Shown here piece by piece: positions 1 to 8,667 of a DNA stretch of 64,000 bases; within the stretch, counting starts at the first letter, position 1; every line of letters begins with the position of its first letter. The DNA lies in the IMG/VR virus record IMGVR_UViG_3300028028_000001, positions 1 to 64,000 of that record; one strand, given 5' to 3'. This stretch comes from a virus. The notes under the pieces are model-generated. The model made no database searches and was not told the DNA's origin. It saw only the letters and a list, made by a program, of their open reading frames with translations. The translations under genes and the position numbers were made by a program.

Positions 1-311
1 CTCATGGGGGCGGACGGAAGGGAGGATGCGAAGAGGGGCGCACGGTCCCGGCTCGTCTTGGCGAGTACCTTGTCCCCCTCACTCACGAGGGCCGGGTAGA
101 CTTGGGGGGTGCCGTCGGGGAGGAGAGTATAGTGCGCGTTCAGTTTGCCCTGGCCAGAGGTGGCCACGGTGGCGGCATCGATGATGTTCGACTTACCGGA
201 TCCGTTTTTGCCGGTGAGGATGTTCAGACCAGGGCGGAAGTCGAGGGTGAGGCTTCCTTTGACGGGGCCGATGTAGTCGAATTTGAGGGTGAGGGAGGGG
301 TTATTCGTCAT
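1..311 (-). CDS. SMC/RecF/SbcC-type ABC ATPase, N-terminal fragment (runs off window)
   Basis: My reverse-strand translation from the ATG at 311 gives MTNNPSLTLKFDYIGPVKGSLTLDFRPGLNILTGKNGSGKSNIIDA. This is the classic N-terminal beta-strand plus Walker A (GKNGSGKS) of SMC/RecF-like ATPases. The ATG overlaps the stop of the upstream gene by 11 nt. The ORF is open at the edge, so it is absent from the ORF track. Confidence 0.7.
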   Translation of the reverse strand, partial: MTNNPSLTLKFDYIGPVKGSLTLDFRPGLNILTGKNGSGKSNIIDAATVATSGQGKLNAHYTLLPDGTPQVYPALVSEGDKVLAKTSRDRAPLFASSLPSAPM

Positions 312-1506
312 CGATGTTACCTATTCCTTTGTGGGCCTTGTAGTGATGGATTTGGTCCATGTATTCCCTTTCCGAGTCAAAAAGAAAGTCCTCCGCGTCG
401 TAATAGGGAATCTCCATCTCGCTCGCGATCGGGGTCCGTTCCTCTTCGTCTCCGTCCAAGATCGATGCTTCATCGATCATGGCTTTGATATCGTCCTTGA
501 ACGCTTCCATGACCTTGCGTAGTTGCTTGTTGGCTCGGCTGTTGAGCTTCCGATACATGGCGTCATAGGCGCGCTTTGCCTCTTCATCGTAGTAGCAGAG
601 GATTTCGTCCGTTACCATCCTCTTGAGCACACCCGGATAGAGGGCTTCCAGTGCATCGAGTTCAACCGCGCCGCTTCCGAAAGCATCTTCGAACTTGGCG
701 GCTCGTTTTTCCGATTCCTTGATCGGAACCCTGGGCAGGTTGTAATCTCTGACCTGATCTTCGGTCAATGCAAGAGCCTTGACAAAGCAGTGAAGTTCGA
801 TGCCGTACTTCTTGAGCATAAACTCCAGCTTCCGAGCGACGGCGCACGGCATCGACTTGCCAGCCGGATCAAAGTCCGAGATGTAGAGAATAATAGCCGG
901 CTTGTCGGCATCCTCGATTCGTCTCGCGGCGTTGTAGACGCTCGTAATACTTGCCTCACCCTGGAAGGTGCAAAGATTCGCGCCATACAGGGAGCATAGG
1001 GGCTCCAAAACGTCGTTCATGGTTCCCTTCTCGCACCAGATTTCAATATGGTACGGTTGGACCGTCGAAGGTGATGGGCCGATGATGTTGACGTATGGGG
1101 TGATTTTAACCTCGGAAACGAAGGGTTTGTCCTCGCCCCAATAGTTCGCGTTGATGATCGGCTTCGGGTTCTTGTTGTCGATGATGCTCTCGATTTCGAC
1201 GAGCCCCAGGTATCGTGCCTGTTTTGCAGCCTGTGTGAGAAACTTCCAGCACTTGTCCGTGTTCTGGTACTGCTCCCCATTCGGAAGAGGGATCTCCTTG
1301 GACAATGCCCAATAGTGGGCGCGTCGAAGGTGGACGCCATTCGTGTAGCCCGCTTCCTTCCAGATTTTGTCAGCGAACCATTCCGCCATGATAACGTCGG
1401 ACGGGGTTCCAGCATAGAACGGATCATTTTTTGGGGAGAGGGCCAGGACTTCCGGTATGGAAAGTCCGTTTTCTCTTGCGATTGCTTTGATGTCGTTTTG
1501 GTTCAT
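301..1506 (-). CDS. Topo VI-A/Spo11-like protein (putative 5Y-CAP plus Toprim; 'mini-A'-like)
   Basis: 401-aa ORF. 'IEIWCEKGTM' supplies the Toprim Glu-Lys. 'FQGEASITS...AIILYISDFDPAGKSMP' supplies the DxDPxG acidic cluster, in the order and spacing typical of Topo VI subunit A, Spo11 and JetD. 'HLRRAHYWAL' resembles the R-x-x-Y-Y catalytic-Tyr motif. GC is visibly lower than in neighbouring genes. Confidence 0.55.
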   Translation of the reverse strand: MNQNDIKAIARENGLSIPEVLALSPKNDPFYAGTPSDVIMAEWFADKIWKEAGYTNGVHLRRAHYWALSKEIPLPNGEQYQNTDKCWKFLTQAAKQARYLGLVEIESIIDNKNPKPIINANYWGEDKPFVSEVKITPYVNIIGPSPSTVQPYHIEIWCEKGTMNDVLEPLCSLYGANLCTFQGEASITSVYNAARRIEDADKPAIILYISDFDPAGKSMPCAVARKLEFMLKKYGIELHCFVKALALTEDQVRDYNLPRVPIKESEKRAAKFEDAFGSGAVELDALEALYPGVLKRMVTDEILCYYDEEAKRAYDAMYRKLNSRANKQLRKVMEAFKDDIKAMIDEASILDGDEEERTPIASEMEIPYYDAEDFLFDSEREYMDQIHHYKAHKGIGNIDDE

Positions 1507-1703
1507 TCTGGCCTCTCAATGTCTTCGAAGGGAATGTGAATGGTTACGCCGTCGCCATCGACGGCTTGGATTGTGTAGGTTCTTCCGTGGTACTGGATTT
1601 CGTCGCCCGGGTTTAGGTGGTCAAGCCAGCGCTCGAATTCAACCTCTTCCTTGGACTCGCCGGGAAGGGTCGAGCATCCTGGAGGTAGGTTCCAGCCGGG
1701 CAT
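1503..1703 (-). CDS. hypothetical protein (66 aa)
   Basis: ORF track; ATGA overlap with the downstream gene at 1503-1506; balanced amino-acid composition. Confidence 0.5.
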   Translation of the reverse strand: MPGWNLPPGCSTLPGESKEEVEFERWLDHLNPGDEIQYHGRTYTIQAVDGDGVTIHIPFEDIERPE

Positions 1704-1996
1704 CAGAAAAGCCTCCCTTGTTTGCTCTCTTCTTCACGCTTTGACCCGTACCGGAATGCCGCTTCCTGGCAAGCTGGGCATGGTTGGCCGGGGCCGCAGG
1801 GGAAGCCTTTCGTGCAGCCATCCAAGGGCCAATCCATCGAAAACGCCATAACGTAGCCGGTAACTCCTTGCGGCGTTGTGCAGAGGGTGGACAGTTTCGC
1901 GTCTTTCCGGACCCATTCCACCGTCGTGTCCTCGATATGGCAGGCGAAGATATCGCCCTTTTTCGTCGCTACCCAGACTCGGGATTTTTCGGTCAT
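1703..1996 (-). CDS. hypothetical protein (97 aa)
   Basis: Part of ORF 1703..2098. I moved the start to the internal ATG (MTEKSRVW) at 1996, which forms an ATGA overlap with the upstream stop. Confidence 0.5.
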   Translation of the reverse strand: MTEKSRVWVATKKGDIFACHIEDTTVEWVRKDAKLSTLCTTPQGVTGYVMAFSMDWPLDGCTKGFPCGPGQPCPACQEAAFRYGSKREEESKQGRLF

Positions 1997-2130
1997 TCCG
2001 CGTCCTTGCATGTTTCGATGGTCGTGGCGATTCGGTCCAAGTGGGCGGCCACGTCGCCGATCGCCAGCACCATGCACAGGAGTTGCAGGATGATGCACAA
2101 CAGCAGAAACGGTATCAATGCCCCTTTCAT
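1993..2130 (-). CDS. small membrane protein (45 aa)
   Basis: Internal ATG of ORF 1993..2283 gives MKGALIPFLLLCIILQLLCMVLAIG, a single hydrophobic helix. ATGA overlaps at both ends. Confidence 0.45.
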   Translation of the reverse strand: MKGALIPFLLLCIILQLLCMVLAIGDVAAHLDRIATTIETCKDAE

Positions 2131-2363
2131 CTCGCGTCCCACTCCACTTTGGCCGCCTGAATGGTCCCGGTGGCGTTCTTGGAATTCCACCGATCCGCCG
2201 TGCCGGATTCGGTGACTTTCCCGACCTGGCCGGGAAGAATGGTTACGGACCCGAGGAACTTGGCGGTAGATGCTCGGGTGCATTTCACGCGCGTCCCGAT
2301 CGTGATGCGGAGGTCCGAGCCGTCTTCACGCTCGATACTGTCTTTCCGAATCCAGGTTTCCAT
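2127..2363 (-). CDS. hypothetical protein (78 aa)
   Basis: ORF track; ATGA coupling to the downstream gene. Confidence 0.5.
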   Translation of the reverse strand: METWIRKDSIEREDGSDLRITIGTRVKCTRASTAKFLGSVTILPGQVGKVTESGTADRWNSKNATGTIQAAKVEWDAR

Positions 2364-2550
2364 CTCGCTCTCCTCTCGTTCCGTTTCGCCCTTGATCGGG
2401 CTCGTTCGGCCTGGATTTCCAGGGACGGGGCCCGGCGTTACCGGGCGTGAATCATTGCAGACTCCTTCATGATGGCGGGTGAAACTGAAAGGAACATCCC
2501 TACCTTTACACGTTCCCCGCTTGCTGTCAACGGGGAAGCGTGGAAAAGCA

Positions 2551-2823
2551 CTAATAGAGTTCGGGGTAATCGGCTCGGTTGTAGTGCCCAGTCTCGCGGT
2601 TTCGCTCGCTGACAGTCTGGGCTACCCACCCGGCGGCGGTCTGATCGATCATCGCTCGGATGGCGATGGCGGAGTTCAGGTAGACCTGTCGGCTGGTTCC
2701 GTTCTGGCCCTGGTAAGTGACGACGATCTCTTTTCCGGCCAACGACTCGCGCACGGCGGCGTCCGTGGCTGCACGGTCTTTGCGGCTCTGGTCAATCAGT
2801 TCCTGGTCTTGAGTTCGGCTCAT
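2551..2823 (-). CDS. hypothetical protein (90 aa)
   Basis: ORF 2551..2871 with the start moved to the internal ATG (MSRTQDQELID) at 2823. Confidence 0.5.
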   Translation of the reverse strand: MSRTQDQELIDQSRKDRAATDAAVRESLAGKEIVVTYQGQNGTSRQVYLNSAIAIRAMIDQTAAGWVAQTVSERNRETGHYNRADYPELY

Positions 2824-3012
2824 CTTCGTTTCTCCTGTTCGGGTGACGCCCCAGAATAGAGCAACTTCCATGCCGCCACTAAAACCGGCGTTCTATGGTA
2901 GCCGGTACGACTTGAATGTCGTGGTCAATCCTGGCATGGTTCGTGCCTATTCCGTTCTATGTCGGTTTTCGACCACGACTTACAGATCAGGTCGTTGCGC
3001 TGGATGTCACGG

Positions 3013-3939
3013 TTAGAAGATCCGATCGATGATTTCGAGCACATAGAGATAGTTCGCCTTGAACTCCGGGTCCTTCTCTTTCTTGGCTCGTAGCGCCTTG
3101 ATCAGGATGTCGAAGTACGCCGAGTCAACCCCGGTCAGTTGATCTTCCAGAACATCGATGTCCGACAAGTCGAGTTCCGATATCTGGAAGGCCATTTTCA
3201 TGAACTGCCCGGCGTTGATCGAGAAGCCGCGCGCGATGAACTTGCGGGTCCGGATGACAGAGCAGATCGGGTACTTGCTTCCGACGTAGACGAGTTCCTT
3301 GGCCAGCAGGGCCTCAAGCGCCTTCGGGGGGAGGATGAGTTCACCGGTCTTCGATTCCCATGCGCAAGTACAGTGAACGAAGTCGTAATTCTTGTGGATC
3401 TCCGCGACTTCCCCGAAGAACCGAAGGACTATCTGAATCTTGCCCGAAAGCGTGATGGCGTTGGAGGACATGAAGATCGGGCGATATCGCGGCTTGCTCT
3501 TGTCCTGCTCTTCGTCGAGAACCTTGGCCACGTCGGCAACGAAGGTCTCGCAGGAAGGATCGTTGATCCCGGTACTCTCAAAGTAATGGTAAGAGGCGGT
3601 CCCCTCTTCGCTGGCGATGCCGGCGGACTGGATACGTACCTTCACGCGGTCGCCCGTCGTGTCCACCTTGATATCGATCGCGCCTCCGGTTTTGTGGGAG
3701 TTGACGGCGTTCGCCTCGTACTTCGCGACGTAGTACCGGGCCACACGAGCACAGGTGTCCTTGTCGGTGAAGTACACATCGAAGTCGTTGGGCGGCTCCC
3801 CAAGGAGCATCGACGCGATGGCCCCGCCGGTCACGAGGCAATGGCTCTTGACGTGGTCCCGAAGGGCCTCGTCTTCGATGGACGAAAGCCAGTCGTCGAT
3901 CTTCTTGCGGAGTACGGTTTTGATGGTCTTGGTTTTCAT
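3013..3939 (-). CDS. Pol-beta-superfamily nucleotidyltransferase-like protein
   Basis: 308-aa ORF. 'LVTGGAIASMLLGEPPNDFDVYF' fits the G[GS]-x(9-13)-DxD signature of minimal nucleotidyltransferases. ATGA-coupled to the upstream nuclease gene. Confidence 0.5.
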   Translation of the reverse strand: MKTKTIKTVLRKKIDDWLSSIEDEALRDHVKSHCLVTGGAIASMLLGEPPNDFDVYFTDKDTCARVARYYVAKYEANAVNSHKTGGAIDIKVDTTGDRVKVRIQSAGIASEEGTASYHYFESTGINDPSCETFVADVAKVLDEEQDKSKPRYRPIFMSSNAITLSGKIQIVLRFFGEVAEIHKNYDFVHCTCAWESKTGELILPPKALEALLAKELVYVGSKYPICSVIRTRKFIARGFSINAGQFMKMAFQISELDLSDIDVLEDQLTGVDSAYFDILIKALRAKKEKDPEFKANYLYVLEIIDRIF

Positions 3940-5195
3940 GAGTTCTCCTGATTGGTTTGAGCAGAAGGATCAAGGTCCGAGTCGATTTCAGCCGATTCAA
4001 CCTCGATCCCGAATTCGCGAGTATGAACGGTATCAAGACACGCGTCCAGAAGGTCCTCTCGGTCCTCTTTCCACGTCGCCTTCTTGCCTCGCCCCTTCCC
4101 AGGAGTCAAGGCAGTAGCCACCGCGCCGACGTTGCCGGAGCCGATCTTGAGCGCTCCGAGAAACCCGAGCCAAGAAGCGTTATCGCCTTCCCAGCGCACC
4201 GCCTCTTCTTCGGATACCCGGTGCCACCGACGGGCGAGCAAAGAGCCAGCGTCCACCTTGGGGCTCTTCTTGGTCTTGACGTGATAGCCGACGCTCCCGC
4301 CCGGCACACGGATAGCCCCGTTGTCGCAAGCCGCCCGGATGGCGGGCTCCAGTGCGGCAGTTTGAGCCTTCAAAATGGCGTAATGGGCCGCCAGCGCTTC
4401 TGGTTGAACACCGGCCCAGCCATGGGTGATCCATAGACAAGCCGCCTCGCACTGGAGAACGTAGGGACAACCCATGCACCGAGGCCCTGGGTTCGCCTGT
4501 CTTGGCTTGATCGATGCCGCCTTGATGGCCGTGGAGAGATCCGCCTTCCATTCTTCCAGAACGGAAAGGCCCGCTTCATCCAAGTCAAGATGCTCCGCGA
4601 AAGTGTGCCCCGTCCGGATCGAGGTGATTTCACGGCGTATCCAGTCCGGCTTCTGCCCGTTCTTCTCCTCGTATTCGGCGATGGCGAGAAGAGCATACCC
4701 GCGCATCTGGAGAGACGAGCACTCTTCCTGATTAGCGGTCCATGCCGACTTCCAGTCTCGGACCACGATCCCGGTGGATTCGGCGGCGTATTCGTCGCCT
4801 TCCGTCTGCTCGGTCCAGGTCAGGTCCAGGATCCCATGGTAGGACGCCTCGGGATATTCGCAGGCCTGCCAATTGGCGTCCGCTTTGAGCCAGACTTCAC
4901 GGCGTCCTTCTGGGATCCCGTGCTTGTCGGCGTAGTCCGTGGCCATTTTCGCGCCTTGGAGAGCGGCTTCTATGGGGATTGGGGGCTCCATCTCGGAATG
5001 GTAGGATCGCCCTTCCGTGGACAGGCGGATCACGAGAGATTCCGTGTCGCACGGATAGGCCTGGAGTACCGCGTGCGCCACGATCCCCGGGCCGAAGATG
5101 TCTCTTGGATAGGGCCTGCGCTCTTCGTAGAGGGTCAGGGCGTGCGGACAGTGACGGGTGAAGTTTCGGAGCGCTGATGAGGAGAGGGCTTTCAT
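3936..5195 (-). CDS. PD-(D/E)XK nuclease, Cas4/RecB-like with Cys cluster
   Basis: 419-aa ORF with an N-terminal Cys (RHCPH). Core 'ILDLTW...GIVVRDWKS...SSLQMRGYA' follows the D...(D/E)xK...QxxxY order. C-terminal 'CMGCPYVLQC' completes a four-Cys pattern typical of Cas4/AddB-type Fe-S nucleases. Confidence 0.7.
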   Translation of the reverse strand: MKALSSSALRNFTRHCPHALTLYEERRPYPRDIFGPGIVAHAVLQAYPCDTESLVIRLSTEGRSYHSEMEPPIPIEAALQGAKMATDYADKHGIPEGRREVWLKADANWQACEYPEASYHGILDLTWTEQTEGDEYAAESTGIVVRDWKSAWTANQEECSSLQMRGYALLAIAEYEEKNGQKPDWIRREITSIRTGHTFAEHLDLDEAGLSVLEEWKADLSTAIKAASIKPRQANPGPRCMGCPYVLQCEAACLWITHGWAGVQPEALAAHYAILKAQTAALEPAIRAACDNGAIRVPGGSVGYHVKTKKSPKVDAGSLLARRWHRVSEEEAVRWEGDNASWLGFLGALKIGSGNVGAVATALTPGKGRGKKATWKEDREDLLDACLDTVHTREFGIEVESAEIDSDLDPSAQTNQENS

Positions 5196-6130
5196 CCGAT
5201 GTTCCCCGCAGAAATGAGGTCCGCGTCAGCGGCGACGTCGTCCGGGTGTTCTTCGAGCAATCCAGCCACGCGGTATTCAGGCAACGCGCGCGCACCCTGA
5301 ATCCGGGCCTGTTGCGCCGTGATCCATCCGATGATGTCCGCGTCCCCTGCCACGGAGATGGAAACAACCGGGAAGCGCCTTTGCTGGCTCGCATCCGTTC
5401 GCTCCTGCAACTGGAGCAGGACGGGCAACCCAAAGAGCGGGATCGTGGACGGGTCCAATCCGAGCGCGGCACAAGACCGCTCAAACGAGGCGAACAGGCC
5501 GACGAAAGCCTGAACCGTGTTCCAGGATCCGCTCTGGTACTTGAAAGGCACGTTCGGAAGGCCCTTGCCGTCCACACGGGGCCAGTCAAACCGGGCAAGG
5601 AATCGCATCCACGGCTTGCAGGCAGGCCCATGGCGGTCGTCGGGCGGCTTGGCGAAGGGGCAGCGGTCACCGGGGCACTTGATCGCTCGATAGCCAACCC
5701 ATGCAGGCGGGAGTTTCGGATCGCGAAAGTCCGGGGCGCTAGGGTCGTATCGCCACGCGGTCCCGTCGCTCTCGCCACCGTTCCCGACGCAAACAGGGCG
5801 CTGTCTTGGGTGAGATAGTGCCTTGCCCGCGACGGGCAACTGTTGCGCCTGCCTTCGCCAGTCGAAGCACTCCGCGATCGTGGCATGGGTCAACCTGGCC
5901 GGGATGATCTTCCGTCGCTCGGCTGGCGCGTCGTTGAACGAAGCAAAGGACGGATGCGGCGCGCGAATCCCACCCTTGATGTCGCCTGCTGCCTGACGTT
6001 CGGGCAGAAGGACATGGAACCGGTCCCGCTCGATTGGGGCTCCGGAAGGCCCCTTTTTGCCGATCGCAAGAGCAGCAGCGATCGGCTCCTTGCCGGTTAC
6101 TCCGTTGATCCCTTTGGGGAGGTCGGTCAT
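5192..6130 (-). CDS. hypothetical protein (312 aa), Cys-containing; possible recombination partner of the nuclease
   Basis: ORF track; ATGA coupling on both sides; 'AIKCPGDRCPFAKPPDDRHGPACKPW' Cys motif. The function is inferred only from its position next to the exonuclease. Confidence 0.6.
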   Translation of the reverse strand: MTDLPKGINGVTGKEPIAAALAIGKKGPSGAPIERDRFHVLLPERQAAGDIKGGIRAPHPSFASFNDAPAERRKIIPARLTHATIAECFDWRRQAQQLPVAGKALSHPRQRPVCVGNGGESDGTAWRYDPSAPDFRDPKLPPAWVGYRAIKCPGDRCPFAKPPDDRHGPACKPWMRFLARFDWPRVDGKGLPNVPFKYQSGSWNTVQAFVGLFASFERSCAALGLDPSTIPLFGLPVLLQLQERTDASQQRRFPVVSISVAGDADIIGWITAQQARIQGARALPEYRVAGLLEEHPDDVAADADLISAGNIG

Positions 6131-6363
6131 TTCTCACCTCCCTTCATGTCTGGATCGGCTCCGAAGATGTCGGAAACGCCGTAGCCGCGATCGTTGCAGA
6201 CGTGAACCTGGTACAGGGTATGCGTTTTGAACGCCGCATCCACCAGGAATTGCACGGTATGAGGGACATGGATCGGTCGGTGCAACTCACCGCACCGCCG
6301 GCACTTGTAGATGATGAAGCCGGGTTTATCCAACGGACACCTCCGAAGCCTTGACCTGCCCAT
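6127..6363 (-). CDS. small Cys-rich protein (78 aa)
   Basis: ORF track; 'CPLDK...CRRCGE...C'. The start is uncertain and overlaps the upstream gene by about 38 nt. Confidence 0.4.
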   Translation of the reverse strand: MGRSRLRRCPLDKPGFIIYKCRRCGELHRPIHVPHTVQFLVDAAFKTHTLYQVHVCNDRGYGVSDIFGADPDMKGGEK

Positions 6364-6805
6364 TCAGCCAAACCATGAGCGGAGCCACGGCTTCCGAATC
6401 ACCGGCCTCGTAGTTCTTGACGCCGATGTAATCGATCGTCTTGGAAAGCCGAAGATCCTCGGGAAGACACCCTTCGCGCCGGAGATCCGCAAGGTCCTTG
6501 GCATGCGCGGCTTCCTCGTTGTCGAGGGCTTCGCGGAGCCGGTCGGATTTCCCGTGCGCGGCGATGGCGGCCTGCCTCTCGTTGTCCATGGCGTCGAAGA
6601 TCCCACAGAAAACAGGGGCAAGGGATGGATGTACGATTTTGAGCGTCGAAAGCGCTCCGGCGGCTTCGTCGTATTTCATTGAGTTCTCCATTGTGGAAGT
6701 GCAAGCGTCTACCAGACCGATAGCCGCTTTGCGTTGGTCGCCGTCCAAGTGAGCGACGAGGGAAAGTGCTGCTGTCCGGATTTTGTCCAGGGCGCGGCGG
6801 GTCAT
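6326..6805 (-). CDS. hypothetical protein (159 aa)
   Basis: ORF 6326..6853 with the start moved to the internal ATG (MTRRALDKIRTAAL) at 6805. Confidence 0.5.
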   Translation of the reverse strand: MTRRALDKIRTAALSLVAHLDGDQRKAAIGLVDACTSTMENSMKYDEAAGALSTLKIVHPSLAPVFCGIFDAMDNERQAAIAAHGKSDRLREALDNEEAAHAKDLADLRREGCLPEDLRLSKTIDYIGVKNYEAGDSEAVAPLMVWLNGQVKASEVSVG

Positions 6806-7055
6806 TTCTGCTCCGTGGGGAGCACCGCCCAACCCAAGAACAGGCAAGCGCAACGATGAGCCCGGCCGAATAGGGCACAGCGGGCGAGGGGGTGATAAGG
6901 AGGCGGGTGAGAAGATCGGCCGTCCAGGAGTAGGCTCGGACGCTTGCGACGACTCCGAGCGCCGTCAGAACACCGAGCCCAAGAGCAAAGGGGAACATGG
7001 GTGCGTGGTCCGCCTCGAACCATGTCACGAAAAGAGCGAGAAGGAAGGGGGTCAT
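6802..7055 (-). CDS. small integral membrane protein (about 85 aa coding-like; 3' end uncertain)
   Basis: The ATG at 7055 is ATGA-coupled to the upstream stop and gives MTPFLLALFVTWF...FALGLGVLTALGVVA...YSAGLIVALACSWVG, three hydrophobic helices. The frame has no stop until 6399, but beyond about 6800 it looks like out-of-frame Arg/Pro/Ser junk. Confidence 0.4.
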
Positions 7056-7309
7056 CTCGCCACCGCCCGGACATCGCACCAACGGACTCGGGATGCCGTG
7101 TAGTATCGGTGGACCGCGCCGTTGTGATTGACCTCCTCGTAGGGACCAGGGAAAAACTCCGAGAGGTCGCGCACCTGGACATGTGCGTCTCGGTCCTCTC
7201 GCATGTCCAGAGTGACCGCGAGCACCTCGGCATCGGGGTGCTGCATGAGCGTGGCCCGGAGCGGTCCACGGGCGAGGCGCACAGCGAAAACGGCTGCGGG
7301 GGCGCTCAT
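7052..7309 (-). CDS. hypothetical protein (85 aa)
   Basis: ORF track; coupled at both ends. Confidence 0.5.
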   Translation of the reverse strand: MSAPAAVFAVRLARGPLRATLMQHPDAEVLAVTLDMREDRDAHVQVRDLSEFFPGPYEEVNHNGAVHRYYTASRVRWCDVRAVAR

Positions 7310-7620
7310 GGGGCCATCCTTCGGGGTAGGGTGTCAGAGGAGGAGGAACCGGATCGAGAGACGGTTGAGGTCACCTCCCGATCCGCCTCTTGCATGGGTT
7401 CCTCCTGGTTCATCGCGTCGTGACAAAGGTCTGCGAGAGCCTGCCCAGCCGCCCGAGCGCCACTGTCGCAGGTCATCTCGGCGACGGTCAGCCCGTGTCG
7501 CCTGATGTTGGCGAGGTCGTCAATGAGCCTGGAGACCTCTCGCTGGGACTTGGCCAGCTCCAGGCGAAGGACCTGGAGCTCTTCGGCGGGCGGTAGGGTC
7601 TCGATGCCGATCTCGGGCAT
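7306..7620 (-). CDS. hypothetical protein (104 aa)
   Basis: ORF 7306..7800 with the start moved to the internal ATG (MPEIGIETLPP) at 7620; coiled-coil-like N-terminus. Confidence 0.5.
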   Translation of the reverse strand: MPEIGIETLPPAEELQVLRLELAKSQREVSRLIDDLANIRRHGLTVAEMTCDSGARAAGQALADLCHDAMNQEEPMQEADREVTSTVSRSGSSSSDTLPRRMAP

Positions 7621-7622
7621 GG

Positions 7623-7874
7623 CTACTCCATCTCGGCGTAGGGGCCCGAGGCCTCGCGCTTGACTTCCACGCAGGGCTGACCCTGCCCGTACATCCGAAA
7701 GAGATCGGCCAGCAGGGTGTAATGCCCCGTGGCAGAGCCGTACCGCTTCACAGCGCGACGGGCCCCGCGAAGGGTCCAGCCCGACTGGAGGCGGGCGCAC
7801 CCGAGGCTCTTGCCGGTTTCCTCGACTTTGGAGAAGGGGAGGGAGTAGCGGGGGAGGATGAGGTGCTTGATCAT
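7623..7874 (-). CDS. hypothetical protein (83 aa)
   Basis: ORF 7623..8054 with the start moved to the internal ATG (MIKHLILPRY) at 7874; ATGA overlap with the upstream stop. Confidence 0.5.
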   Translation of the reverse strand: MIKHLILPRYSLPFSKVEETGKSLGCARLQSGWTLRGARRAVKRYGSATGHYTLLADLFRMYGQGQPCVEVKREASGPYAEME

Positions 7875-8113
7875 CGGGACACCTCCCACGCGCGAGCGGG
7901 GTGCTTGATGGCGAAGTAGGCCTTCCACAAGGCCTCTACCGGGGCATAGGACTCCATGAGACGGAGATGAATCGCCAGCCTGGTTCGAGGCCCCTCCTCT
8001 TCCGTCATAAGGGGGAGGCGGTCGACCGCCTCCCGGAAAGCAACGTGATACCACGCGGAAAACTCATTGTGAGCTCGGGAGTAGGCCTCGAAGGCCTCGT
8101 AAACGTGCAGCAT
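7871..8113 (-). CDS. hypothetical protein (80 aa)
   Basis: ORF 7871..8185 with the start moved to the internal ATG (MLHVYEAFEAY) at 8113. Confidence 0.5.
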   Translation of the reverse strand: MLHVYEAFEAYSRAHNEFSAWYHVAFREAVDRLPLMTEEEGPRTRLAIHLRLMESYAPVEALWKAYFAIKHPARAWEVSR

Positions 8114-8160
8114 CTCATCTCCTCCCCCGGAATCCGCCGGGGGTCGGTGAAGGGGGAGGG

Positions 8161-8385
8161 CTAACGGGGGAATCTCACGGCCCACTGGCCGTTGACGTCC
8201 CCCACAAGCACGAGCGAGGCGCCATCAAGGTAGAGCTCGATGCCGTCCGTAGTCCACTGGTAGTTCCAGCCGTCGATGAGGCCGGATGGGTCGAAGCCCT
8301 CGCCGGCGTGGTTTCCCGCGCGGAAGGCCTCGACGATTTCGGTGGCGGTGAGATTGGCGGGGTTGACTGCTTCGAGGCTGAACAT
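8161..8385 (-). CDS. hypothetical protein (74 aa)
   Basis: ORF 8161..8439 with the start moved to the internal ATG (MFSLEAVNPAN) at 8385. Confidence 0.5.
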   Translation of the reverse strand: MFSLEAVNPANLTATEIVEAFRAGNHAGEGFDPSGLIDGWNYQWTTDGIELYLDGASLVLVGDVNGQWAVRFPR

Positions 8386-8478
8386 GGAATCTCCAAAGAG
8401 CCGGGGTGGTTGGTGGCTCCGTGCCCAAAGTAGTAGCAAGGTCTATGCCAGCGCTCCACAGGACGACCCGATCCGCTA

Positions 8479-8667
8479 TCAATGCCCGATTTCGTCTCCC
8501 ATGCTCTCTGATACAGGCCCGACCACGACATTCAGATCAATAGCGAAATGAGGCGTTCTTCCTACATCGGCAAAGACCGTGCCAACATGGCGAACGGTAG
8601 AACGTCGGTTTTCGCGGTCCTCGCGATTGGATTTCTCCACGGATCGGTCTGGAAAGCACGACATCAA
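8479..8667 (-). CDS. hypothetical protein (62 aa)
   Basis: ORF track; ATGA overlap with the upstream stop at 8664-8667. It lies in an otherwise lower-GC spacer, so the call is weak. Confidence 0.3.
   Translation of the reverse strand: MMSCFPDRSVEKSNREDRENRRSTVRHVGTVFADVGRTPHFAIDLNVVVGPVSESMGDEIGH

Noticed and set aside
2884-2906. Hairpin ACCGGC-N11-GCCGGT downstream of the NTase gene as a minus-strand terminator, plus the 9-bp inverted repeat GTCGTGGTC...GACCACGAC and duplicated CGTTCTATG nearby.
   Set aside because: The stem is only 6 bp with a 4-T tail, and the inverted repeat encloses a roughly 40-nt loop. This is too weak to call, although the 2872-3012 spacer may be regulatory.
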